NCBI GenBank assembly: GCA_964629855.1
Contig: CAZVRI010000003.1
Location: 24,039 to 88,038, forward strand
Length of the DNA stretch: 64,000 bases
Direction of reading: 5' to 3'
From: an uncultured Thermoleophilaceae bacterium
GTDB lineage: Bacteria > Actinomycetota > Thermoleophilia > Solirubrobacterales > Thermoleophilaceae
Made by a program: the position numbers and the translations under genes
Shown: piece by piece, positions 1-8,927 of the stretch
Layout: every line of letters begins with the position of its first letter
Position numbering within the stretch: position 1 is the first letter of the stretch
Notes under the pieces: model-generated
The model's database searches: none
Seen by the model: the letters and a program-made list of their open reading frames with translations, nothing else
Told to the model about the DNA's origin: nothing

Positions 1-322
1 ACGTCGTCGAGTGGGCGGAGGGGAACGACAGCGACGTGACCGTCGAGGACAGCGGCGGCAGGTCCTCGAGCTGTGGCCGCGGCCGTCGCACGACGTACTT
101 CAGCCCGATGTTCGCCAGGTAGGCGAGCATCACGGTGCGCATCGTGCGCAGGTAGAGCGGCCGCCGCGGCTTGTCGACCACCACTCCCGCCAGGCACAGC
201 CCCTGCCAGAGCAATCCGTGCTCGCCCGCGCGCGTGAAGATCAGGACCGCACGCTCGACGCGCGGCTCGTGGCCCCGGGTTCGCAGCAGGCGCAGGACCG
301 CCAGGTCGAGCCGGCGCAGCAC
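1..322 (-). CDS. PAP2-family phosphatase, N-terminal ~107 codons (gene runs off the left edge)
   Basis: The minus frame is open from the window edge to a GTG at 322..320. The translation ...GLKYVVRRPRPQLEDLPPLSSTVTSLSFPSAHSTT carries the PAP2 motifs KxxxxxxRP and PS(G/A)H. It starts 11 nt after the stop of the upstream DUF3107 gene. It is absent from the ORF track because it is truncated. Confidence 0.6.
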   Translation of the reverse strand, partial: MLRRLDLAVLRLLRTRGHEPRVERAVLIFTRAGEHGLLWQGLCLAGVVVDKPRRPLYLRTMRTVMLAYLANIGLKYVVRRPRPQLEDLPPLSSTVTSLSFPSAHSTT

Positions 323-332
323 GCCGCGGCGC

Positions 333-551
333 CTAGAAGCCGACGGCGCGGTTGCCCGTCTCGCGACGGACGTAGACGACCTGCGAGAGGTCGAGCTGCA
401 TGACCTCGTCTTCGAGATCGAGCGAATGCCAGCGTGCGGAGCCGTCGTCGGCGAGCGCGTCCATCAGCTTCTTGTAGGCGTCGTCGGCGGTGCGCAGCGA
501 GAGCACCTGGCCGCCCTGGAAGCCGATGTCGGTACGAGCCGTCTGGGCCAT
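333..551 (-). CDS. DUF3107-like small protein (72 aa)
   Basis: Uses an internal ATG of ORF 333..1097. The sequence MAQTARTDIGFQGGQVLSL...VYVRRETGNRAVGF matches my memory of the small actinobacterial DUF3107 proteins, which end in ...VGF. It begins 2 nt after the epimerase stop. Confidence 0.7.
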   Translation of the reverse strand: MAQTARTDIGFQGGQVLSLRTADDAYKKLMDALADDGSARWHSLDLEDEVMQLDLSQVVYVRRETGNRAVGF

Positions 552-553
552 GT

Positions 554-964
554 CTACTGATCCTCCGCTGGCTGGACGAGCTCGGTGAGCACGCCGCCGG
601 TCGACTTGGGATGGAGAAAGATCGCGCGCGTGTCCCGGATGCCGGGGTGCGCCTCGTCGCCGATCGTCCGCATGCCGGCCGCGACCAGCCGCTTGATGTC
701 TCCGTCGATGTCCTGAGTCCGGTAGGCGACGTGATGCATCCCGGGTCCCCGCTTCTCGATGAAGCGGGCGACGCCGCCCTCGGGATCGATCGGCGCGATC
801 AGCTCGACATACGCGTTGCCGATCTCCAGCAGCATCGCCTCGACGCCCTGCTCCTCGATCGTCTCGCGATGCACCTCGCGCATCCCGAGCTTGTCGCGGT
901 ACAGCGCCAGCGCCCCGTCGATCTCCTCGACGGCAATTCCGATGTGGTCGATCTCGCCGAACAC
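554..964 (-). CDS. methylmalonyl-CoA epimerase (glyoxalase/VOC fold)
   Basis: VFGEIDHIGIAVEEIDGALALYRDKLGM...GPGMHHVAYRTQDIDGDIKRL...IFLHPKSTGGVLTELVQ is the typical epimerase pattern. I place the start at the in-frame GTG at 964, because the upstream 99 codons of ORF 554..1261 are Arg/Pro-rich junk. Confidence 0.85.
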   Translation of the reverse strand: MFGEIDHIGIAVEEIDGALALYRDKLGMREVHRETIEEQGVEAMLLEIGNAYVELIAPIDPEGGVARFIEKRGPGMHHVAYRTQDIDGDIKRLVAAGMRTIGDEAHPGIRDTRAIFLHPKSTGGVLTELVQPAEDQ

Positions 965-991
965 GGCCTGGGAGTCTAGAGCGATAGGGGT

Positions 992-1427
992 ATGCTCGGC
1001 ATTCGGAGGGAGCAAGCGTGGACTGGAGGGGTCTTGAACGTTCGAATGGGGTTGACCTGCATCGCGGCGGTGGTCGGTGCGTCGATTGGCGCAGCATGCG
1101 GCGACGACGGGGAGGACGGAACGACGAAGCAGCGCAAGGTGAAGAACGCGCCCTTCACGGCGCGCGTGGAGATCACCAAGGACGGCTACCGGCCGCGACA
1201 CGTGAAGATCCTCGTGGGTGGGCGGGTCACGTTCGTGAACGTCGACACGATGCGGAATCACACAGCTGAGACGGGCGACCTACCGGAGAGGCGCACCGAC
1301 AACAACGAGTTCGACACTCACACGCTGACCTGGGGAGAGCCGTACACGATCACCTTCCACAAGCCTGAAAAGGTCGAGTACCACGACTCGTTCAACCCGG
1401 AGATGACCGGCACGGTCGAGGCTGTAA

Positions 1428-1441
<14 letters not shown>
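992..1441 (+). CDS. cupredoxin-like lipoprotein
   Basis: Signal peptide plus lipobox (IGAAC-G). It has a cupredoxin-like beta pattern (HVKILVGGRVTFVNVD...YTITFHKPEKVEYHDSFNPEMTGTVEAV). An alternative start is the ATG at 1046. The mature part contains no Cys. Confidence 0.7.
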
Positions 1442-2954
<1,513 letters not shown>

Positions 2955-3003
2955 AGGTCCTATCCCTGTCGGCGCGCTTGACACGGAGCATTAGGATTGG
3001 CGC

Positions 3004-4011
3004 ATGGAGGGGAGCAGGAGGGTGGTGGTCGCCTGGCTGGCGGCAGCGGCATGCGCGCTGTGCGTCGGTGCGACAGGCTGCGGCGACGACGAGCCGGCCG
3101 CCGCGGGACCCGACACCATTCGGACCGCCAACCCCGAGCGCACGTTCGCGCCGCTGATCGAACTGGCGGCCGACGAGCCCTGGCGACCGATGAGCGCACG
3201 CTGGTTCATCGAGCGGTCGTCGTTTTGGTTCGCCGAGGACAGAGGTTGCCCCGATCGCAAGATCGCTGTGGGGCACTCGATGCCCGAGCAGCAGGATCCG
3301 AGAATCGACTGGATCTACCCGAAGGGTCTCGGTGACGGGAAGGATCCGAACTATTACCGCAACCCCAATGGAAAGAAGTGCGATCTGAATCTTGCCGCAA
3401 TCGTCTTCACCGATCAGCTGACGCGCCCATTCGACCGGGGGCCGCGGGTGGATGGCTTACGGCCACGCCAGGGTTTCTACCTCGACCTGGCCGATGAGGC
3501 TCGAGGCGGGCCGTCGGCTAGGTCGGGGGCCGCCGTTCCGGCATATGCCGAGCGGGTCGACGAAGGGGACTCCCGCGTGCGGCTGGCGTACTGGGTGTTG
3601 TTCGGCATGCGTGGGCGGCCAGGCGAGCCAGGGGCCCACGAGGGCGATTGGAAGCGGATCGACGTGCTCCTGAGCGATCGCGGCGACGATCGCTACGAGC
3701 CCGTTGGCGTTCAGACGGAGGACGACGGCGTCTGGGACGGCGTTCGGCTTGTCGACACCACCCATCCCGTTGTGAGGCTCGAGCGGGCCACCCACGCAAT
3801 CGGTGTTGTCATGAGTGGGGAGCGCTGCGCGACTTGCACCCAATGGCAGACCTGGAAGCTGCTTCGGGACGCCCGCAAGGAGCTCTGGTACGGCTTTGGC
3901 GGTGCCTGGGGCGAGGTTGGATCGACGAGCGCTACGACCGGCCCGCTAGGACCACACCGCCTCTGGCCGACCGTCGCGGAGAAGCATCGCGACTACCTCG
4001 ACGGCAGCTAG
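3004..4011 (+). CDS. secreted lipoprotein, hypothetical (possibly Vps62/DUF946-like)
   Basis: Signal plus lipobox (VGATGC-G). LAYWVLFGMRG...GAHEGDWKRIDVLL resembles the HxGDWEH motif I recall from the Vps62 family, but the functional call is weak. Confidence 0.6.
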   Translation: MEGSRRVVVAWLAAAACALCVGATGCGDDEPAAAGPDTIRTANPERTFAPLIELAADEPWRPMSARWFIERSSFWFAEDRGCPDRKIAVGHSMPEQQDPRIDWIYPKGLGDGKDPNYYRNPNGKKCDLNLAAIVFTDQLTRPFDRGPRVDGLRPRQGFYLDLADEARGGPSARSGAAVPAYAERVDEGDSRVRLAYWVLFGMRGRPGEPGAHEGDWKRIDVLLSDRGDDRYEPVGVQTEDDGVWDGVRLVDTTHPVVRLERATHAIGVVMSGERCATCTQWQTWKLLRDARKELWYGFGGAWGEVGSTSATTGPLGPHRLWPTVAEKHRDYLDGS

Positions 4012-4592
4012 GCTCCGTCAGGGGCCGCGGCCGGCTCGATCAGCGACAGCCGAGGCAGCTTCCAGATTTGCCCCTCTGCCTTGGTAAAGGGGACCCGGTA
4101 GGTCGGCCCGCTACCGGGATCCTTCACCGTGGCAATAGCCCGGTTCCCCCTGATCCTGACGCTGACGATCCTGGAGATCTTGGGCTTGCCGTTCGCCGGC
4201 CTGTTGCGACGCGAGAACTCAACCACCACGTCCTCGCAGGTCTTGTAGCCGCCAAGACGAAGTCGCGCGAGCTCTCTTTGGCCGGCCTCGGTCAGCTCGT
4301 GACATACGCCCCACCCCTGCCCCGCCGTCAGATCGACCTGAACGTCGCTGAGCACCTCACGAATCTGGGCCAGATCTCCAGAGCCGGCCAGCTTGCGATT
4401 GTCCTTCTGCTCGAGCTTCTCGGCGAGCCGAGCAGCCCGGTCATCAGGCGGAATGGGGCGCCCCGCAGTCGCAGCGGTGCTCGTTGGCGGGGTGGTCAGT
4501 CGATCTGCCTGGCCTGAGTCCGTGCTGCCGCACCCTGCAGCCGTAAGTCCTGCGAAGGCCGCCGCGGCAGCTAGAAGTAGCTTGGGAATCAT
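4008..4592 (-). CDS. lipoprotein, NTF2-like paralog 1
   Basis: ATG at 4592 preceded by GGAGGG. MIPKLLLAAAAAFAGLTAAGC-GS is a lipobox signal. The C-terminal motif V.(I/V).G..A....G......VPF.K..G.WK is shared with 6204..6722, 17503..17970 and 52168..52833. Confidence 0.7.
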   Translation of the reverse strand: MIPKLLLAAAAAFAGLTAAGCGSTDSGQADRLTTPPTSTAATAGRPIPPDDRAARLAEKLEQKDNRKLAGSGDLAQIREVLSDVQVDLTAGQGWGVCHELTEAGQRELARLRLGGYKTCEDVVVEFSRRNRPANGKPKISRIVSVRIRGNRAIATVKDPGSGPTYRVPFTKAEGQIWKLPRLSLIEPAAAPDGA

Positions 4593-4625
4593 TTGAACCC
4601 TCCGATCTGGGCTGAGAAAGCAGAT

Positions 4626-4645
4626 GGGCCCGCCTGGGCGGGACC
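4626..4645 (-). terminator. GC-rich hairpin after Cys-rich gene A
   Basis: The minus-strand RNA GGUCCCGCC-CAGG-CGGGCCC has one mismatch and is followed by CUGCUUUCUC. It lies between the stop of 4681..5259 and the start of 4008..4592. It is a near-copy of the hairpin at 5290..5319. Confidence 0.45.
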
Positions 4646-4680
4646 TCCGGTCCATCAACACGCGTGGCTAACCGCGCGCC

Positions 4681-5259
4681 TCACGCTGCTTGGTGCGTGA
4701 TGACAAGCTCCGATTCGCCATCGATGTTGATTTCACCGTCCATTTCGAAGCGGCGTACGACGCCGCCGGCTCCCGCGGGCGGGAACTGGTTGGCGAACGT
4801 AACGTCGTCGCAGTGCATTTCCGTCTTGGTGAGTGCGCAGGCGATGTCGCCGCTGATCGGGGTGGCGCCTAGGCCGGTGCCGGTGAGGCAGTACGACAGC
4901 AAGACGTGCGTCACGCCAGGGGCCGTTTCTTCGATCTGGCCGTGCCAGCCGGCGTCGCTGCAGTCGTTCAGGGTGGTGTCACAGTTGCCGATGCTGCCTG
5001 GGGTGGCCGCGAAGTCGACGCGTTCGAGTTCGACATCGCCGTCTTCGGTGATGTGGCCTTCCCAGTCGTTGTCACAGCGAAAGGAGGACGCGGCTGTGCC
5101 CATCGGAGTGTGGGCAAGTAGGGTGAGTGTCTGGTTGCCGTTTAAGGTGACGTGCTCCCCGTGTTCGACATGAACCGGGCCTGTCGCTAATGCGCTGGAC
5201 GTTGGCATGGCCAAGGCGGTCACAGCAAACGCAGCAAGCAGGGGTAGCTTGGGAACCAT
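4681..5259 (-). CDS. secreted six-cysteine protein, family copy A
   Basis: Signal peptide MVPKLPLLAAFAVTALAM. The conserved core RCDNDWEGHI..DGDVE.ERVDFAATPGS.GNC.TTLNDC.DAGWHG..EETAPGVTHV.LS.CLTGT.LGATP..GD..C...C.DVT.ANQFPP.G.GG is shared with copies B and C. SD GAAGGGG. Confidence 0.8.
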   Translation of the reverse strand: MVPKLPLLAAFAVTALAMPTSSALATGPVHVEHGEHVTLNGNQTLTLLAHTPMGTAASSFRCDNDWEGHITEDGDVELERVDFAATPGSIGNCDTTLNDCSDAGWHGQIEETAPGVTHVLLSYCLTGTGLGATPISGDIACALTKTEMHCDDVTFANQFPPAGAGGVVRRFEMDGEINIDGESELVITHQAA

Positions 5260-5289
5260 GTGAACCCCTTCGGTCTGGGTCTAGGAAGG

Positions 5290-5319
5290 CAGAGGGGCCC
5301 GCCTAGGCGGGCCCCTCTG
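5290..5319 (-). terminator. 13-bp GC hairpin after Cys-rich gene B
   Basis: CAGAGGGGCCCGCC-TA-GGCGGGCCCCTCTG is a perfect palindrome between the stop of 5364..5933 and the start of 4681..5259. The U-tract is weak. Confidence 0.5.
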
Positions 5320-5363
5320 GTCCAGCTACGTGTGGTTGACCCACACGTCAGGTATCGCTCGTG

Positions 5364-5933
5364 CTAGTGCGAAATGCCGAGGGTACCTGATTCAGGCGCG
5401 ATGAAAACTTCACCGTCGATTTCGAAACGCGGCACAATGCCACCGGTTCCCGGCGGCGGGAACTGGTTGGCGACCGTGACATCGCTGCACGTCGCCTTAA
5501 TCGTCGTCAGGGTGCATTCGGCGTCTCCGCCGACCGGCGTGGCGCCAAGGGCGGTACCGGTGAGGCAGAACGACAGGACGACGTGTGTCACGCCAGGCGC
5601 GGTTTCTTCGCTCGTGCCGTGCCAGCCGGCGTCGTCGCAGTCATTCAGGGTGGTGGCGCAGTTACCGACGCTCCCCGGGGTGGCCGCGAAGTCGACGCGT
5701 TCGATTTCGACGTCGCCGTTGCTGGCGATGTGGCCTTCCCAGTCGTTGTCGCAGCGCGACGCGACCTGGGTGCCCATCGGGGAGTGAGCGATCAGCGAGA
5801 GTGTCTGGTCACCCGTAAATACCACATGTGAACCGTTCGTGACCGTAATCGGTTCGACGGCCGATGCGCTGGACGCGGTCATGGCCAGAGCGGCCACCGC
5901 CATCACAGCAAGCAGAAATAGCTTGCGAATCAT
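5364..5933 (-). CDS. secreted six-cysteine protein, family copy B
   Basis: ATG at 5933 preceded by AAGGAGAG. Signal MIRKLFLLAVMAVAALAMTASSASA. Same conserved core as copies A and C. Confidence 0.85.
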   Translation of the reverse strand: MIRKLFLLAVMAVAALAMTASSASAVEPITVTNGSHVVFTGDQTLSLIAHSPMGTQVASRCDNDWEGHIASNGDVEIERVDFAATPGSVGNCATTLNDCDDAGWHGTSEETAPGVTHVVLSFCLTGTALGATPVGGDAECTLTTIKATCSDVTVANQFPPPGTGGIVPRFEIDGEVFIAPESGTLGISH

Positions 5934-6203
5934 GTATGCTCTCCTTAGAGGTGTCGACATTGGATGTCGACGGTTGCCGCGCCGGAGACTAAAAACAGTG
6001 TATCTCTGGCGCGCCTAGCTACTCTTGCCGCGCTCTCGCGACGGCTACCGTTAGAACGGTGCTCGATTTGGTAACGGACCCTCCTTCCGTTTCCGCCCCG
6101 TCCCTCCAGAGGGGGCTTGCCTAGAGACGAGCTCTAAGCAAGCGTCACACTACGGCCCAGTAGGCTGGCTGTCAAGGTGACCGGCGTCTAAGGGGGCCGA
6201 TGC

Positions 6204-6722
6204 TCATTGAGGAGCCAGTCCAAGACCCATGTTCATCTTCCACTCGCCGTCCTCTTTGACGAACGGCACTTTGTAGGCCCTACGACCCTGCTGGGAGGCT
6301 CGGACCGAAGCCCTGTCGCCCTTGACGGTCACACCTAGAATCGTTGCCTTCTGCTCCCGGGACTCGGATGCTGGAATCGGTATGGCGTATACCTTGACTA
6401 CCGACTCACAAGTTGCGTTCTTGTCCTTCGGCGCGCCAGCTGCGGCTATCTGCTTGGTGATCGAAGCTGTCATTCCGTCGCACATCGTCTTCGCGTCTCC
6501 GGAGTAGAACGCATCCTGGAGCCGCGCCATGGCCGCCCGCACCTTGAGGCGCGCCTCCTTGGGCGTTGCTGGGGCGTCGGGCGTCGCAGTTGTTGACGTT
6601 GCGTTAGCAGTCTTTGCACCAGTGTCGTCGTCGCTATCCGACCCTCCGCAACCGATGCTCCCAACTGCCATCGCAACCGCGACGATTGTCGCGACCGGAA
6701 CGGTGAATTTGAAATCGTACAT
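6204..6722 (-). CDS. lipoprotein, NTF2-like paralog 2
   Basis: Lipobox VGSIGC-GGS. The C-terminus ...ILGVTVKGDRASVRASQQGRRAYKVPFVKEDGEWKMN matches the paralog motif. Confidence 0.75.
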   Translation of the reverse strand: MYDFKFTVPVATIVAVAMAVGSIGCGGSDSDDDTGAKTANATSTTATPDAPATPKEARLKVRAAMARLQDAFYSGDAKTMCDGMTASITKQIAAAGAPKDKNATCESVVKVYAIPIPASESREQKATILGVTVKGDRASVRASQQGRRAYKVPFVKEDGEWKMNMGLGLAPQ

Positions 6723-6879
6723 CTAGCCAGCCCTCCATTCTGGACGTGATGTGGTGCGGACCTAGCGCCGCAGCACGGGCAGCCTAACGGATGCGGATGG
6801 GTGGTGCTAGAGGCCGCTACGGGGTCGCTGGCATCCAGATTGGAGGGACTGGGATAGAGGTGGTGCTCTCCGGTCGGAG

Positions 6880-7143
6880 ATGTCTCGTGCGCTCCTGACC
6901 GCGGCTCTTATGCTGGCCTGCGCCCTCTCGGCGGAGGGGCTGGGCGAGGTGGAGCGGTCTGAGATCGGCGACGGCGCCACCTGCGAGGGCATAATCATGG
7001 CGGCTGTGCGCGGAGGGCCGGCCGCCATCCGCGAAGGCCGCAGGTACTCGTGGTCACCGTCGACGGTGGGCGCGTCGGCGCTCGTCGAAGATCCCGATAG
7101 AAGCTCATATGGGGTTCCGCTGGTTCCCGCGGGGGAACGGTGA
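6880..7143 (+). CDS. possible small secreted protein (87 aa)
   Basis: Signal-like N-terminus MSRALLTAALMLACALSAEG. Third codon positions are mostly G/C. Its TGA overlaps the GTG at 7140 of the next ORF (GTGA). I recognise no family. Confidence 0.35.
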   Translation: MSRALLTAALMLACALSAEGLGEVERSEIGDGATCEGIIMAAVRGGPAAIREGRRYSWSPSTVGASALVEDPDRSSYGVPLVPAGER

Positions 7144-8876
7144 AAAGTGCCCAGTCTGTCGTTGCTCGAGCCGGAGCGACAGCGGACGGCCGTCGGGCGG
7201 CGGTGTCCCTGGTCGTGAACAACACCAGGACGTGCACTGTTCGCCCGCTTGACATGAGCGCAGGGTTCGTGTCTCATGGCTTCGTGGCTGGAGGGACCAC
7301 GTCGCGCCACTGGTTGAGCTGGTTGCTGACCGCCGCCGTCGCGGGCGCGGTCCTCGGTTCCCCTGCGTTCGCGGGGCCAATTGAGGTTGGGGGATTCGTG
7401 GGCGACCAGCCAGGAACTAGCGGTGGCGTCTTCATTCAGCCAACGGATGTCGCCTTCTACGCCGGTAGCTCCGAGCTGGGCCTTGACGACAAGTTGTTCG
7501 TGGTCGAGGGATCGAACGCCAACGCTAGGGTGCAGCGCCTCGATTCCAACGGCAACTTCGAGCGGGCGTGGGGCAAGGACGTGGTGCGTCCCGGGTCCCC
7601 CGGCGATACGGGGACCGGCTATGAGATCTGCACCCAGGCGCGCCATTGCAAAGCGGGTGTTCGAAGTGATGCAGGCGGGGCGCTCCGGAAGCCAAGCGCT
7701 CTGGCGGTAGACCCGTCGAACGGAAACGTCTACGTCCTGGACGGCGGGAATCGCCGCGTCTCGCGGTACACCCCCGAGGGGCGTTACATTCGGTCCTGGC
7801 GTCTTGCTCCTGCGGCGGACGGATACGGGAATGCCGCCGTCGCGGTAGCGCCCACTCCGCCGCACGATGTGTTCGTGGCCGACGAGCCGCACGATCGGGT
7901 GCTTCAGTTCGACCGCGGCGGCGACTTTCTGATGGCGTGGGGAAGGGGAGTGGCTAGTGGTGGACCTCGCTTCGAGGTATGTGTGACCGAGCGCCTATGT
8001 CGAACCGGGCGACCCATCGTGGTCGACGGCCGGCGGACGCCATCCTGGCCTAGCCAAATCGCTGTCGATCGTCAGGGGACCGTGTACGGCTCGGCGTTCT
8101 TTGGCTACATCTTCGACGGCCCCCAGACCCGCACGAGGATCATCAGGTTCAGGTCTGTCCCCGCGCCGCCCGGTCGTGTCGCAGAGCATGCGCGCCTGCC
8201 TCCTCTGACTCCTCGCACAGGCGGCCCGCCGACTCCCTCCAACGAGTCGGCGCATCTGACCAACGGGACGACATTGGGCATTGATGTGCGCCCAGCCGAT
8301 GGAGACCTGATTGCGATCAACAACCCGTTCGGCAAGTCAGAGCTCGACGTCATAAGCGGGCCAGGCTCTAAGCGGCCGTCCAAGCGCGCGCTGGACACGC
8401 TGCCCTTTCTGCAGAACGTCAGTGGCGTGGCCGTTGGCGGGCATGTCATCTACCTGTCGAGCGGGGTCCTGCGGCAGCGGACCGGCAGCAGTACGTTCAC
8501 GGGTTGCACGCCCAATAACGTGCCCCGTGACTGCCATGGACTGATCGTCCTGGCCCGGAGTGGACATATGGGCGCGGTACCCGCACCCCCGTTGGCGGAA
8601 GCGGCGGGTCGGCTCGCACCCACGGCGCTTGTCTATCCGCATGGAGCAGCCCGCTACCAGTTTCAGGTCAGTCGCGACGGCCGCGAGTGGAGGAAGCTGG
8701 GCGATCGCCGTTACGTGGTTGGCGGGGGCGGCCAGCTCGTAGCGGCTCAAGACGGGCAGCTCCGTGCCGGTGTGCTCTATCGCGTGCGCCTGATGCTCTC
8801 TAAGAAGACCCGCCATGGGGGACAGGATCGGATCTCGGATACCGGTGTTTTCCGGGTTCCGGATGATGGGGGTTGA
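7140..8876 (+). CDS. secreted NHL-repeat protein with C-terminal Fn3-like domain
   Basis: NHL-type repeats (NARVQRLDSNGNFERAWG; GNRRVSRYTPEGRYIRSW; HDRVLQFDRGGDFLMAWG) and YEIC..x..CKAG loops. The C-terminus has YQFQVSRDGREWRKL. The start is uncertain: either the GTG at 7140 (coupled to the small ORF) or the ATG at 7254, which sits just ahead of the hydrophobic signal WLLTAAVAGAVLGSPAFA. Confidence 0.8.
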   Translation: MKSAQSVVARAGATADGRRAAVSLVVNNTRTCTVRPLDMSAGFVSHGFVAGGTTSRHWLSWLLTAAVAGAVLGSPAFAGPIEVGGFVGDQPGTSGGVFIQPTDVAFYAGSSELGLDDKLFVVEGSNANARVQRLDSNGNFERAWGKDVVRPGSPGDTGTGYEICTQARHCKAGVRSDAGGALRKPSALAVDPSNGNVYVLDGGNRRVSRYTPEGRYIRSWRLAPAADGYGNAAVAVAPTPPHDVFVADEPHDRVLQFDRGGDFLMAWGRGVASGGPRFEVCVTERLCRTGRPIVVDGRRTPSWPSQIAVDRQGTVYGSAFFGYIFDGPQTRTRIIRFRSVPAPPGRVAEHARLPPLTPRTGGPPTPSNESAHLTNGTTLGIDVRPADGDLIAINNPFGKSELDVISGPGSKRPSKRALDTLPFLQNVSGVAVGGHVIYLSSGVLRQRTGSSTFTGCTPNNVPRDCHGLIVLARSGHMGAVPAPPLAEAAGRLAPTALVYPHGAARYQFQVSRDGREWRKLGDRRYVVGGGGQLVAAQDGQLRAGVLYRVRLMLSKKTRHGGQDRISDTGVFRVPDDGG

Positions 8877-8927
8877 CACGGATAAGAACGCCGGCTTACG
8901 CTGCGCATCAGCATGTGAGCCAGGCGC

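Noticed and set aside
5961-6203. A lower-GC 240-bp gap with an 11-bp imperfect hairpin (6115..6143), considered as a possible RNA gene.
   Set aside because: It holds the promoter region of gene B and the 3' end of the lipoprotein gene. It has no promoter-plus-terminator pair of its own and no conserved motif that I can recognise.
6807-7892. A 361-aa minus ORF across the intergenic region and the start of the NHL gene.
   Set aside because: It is Arg/Pro/Ser-rich with no motifs, and it is antisense to a well-supported NHL-repeat gene.
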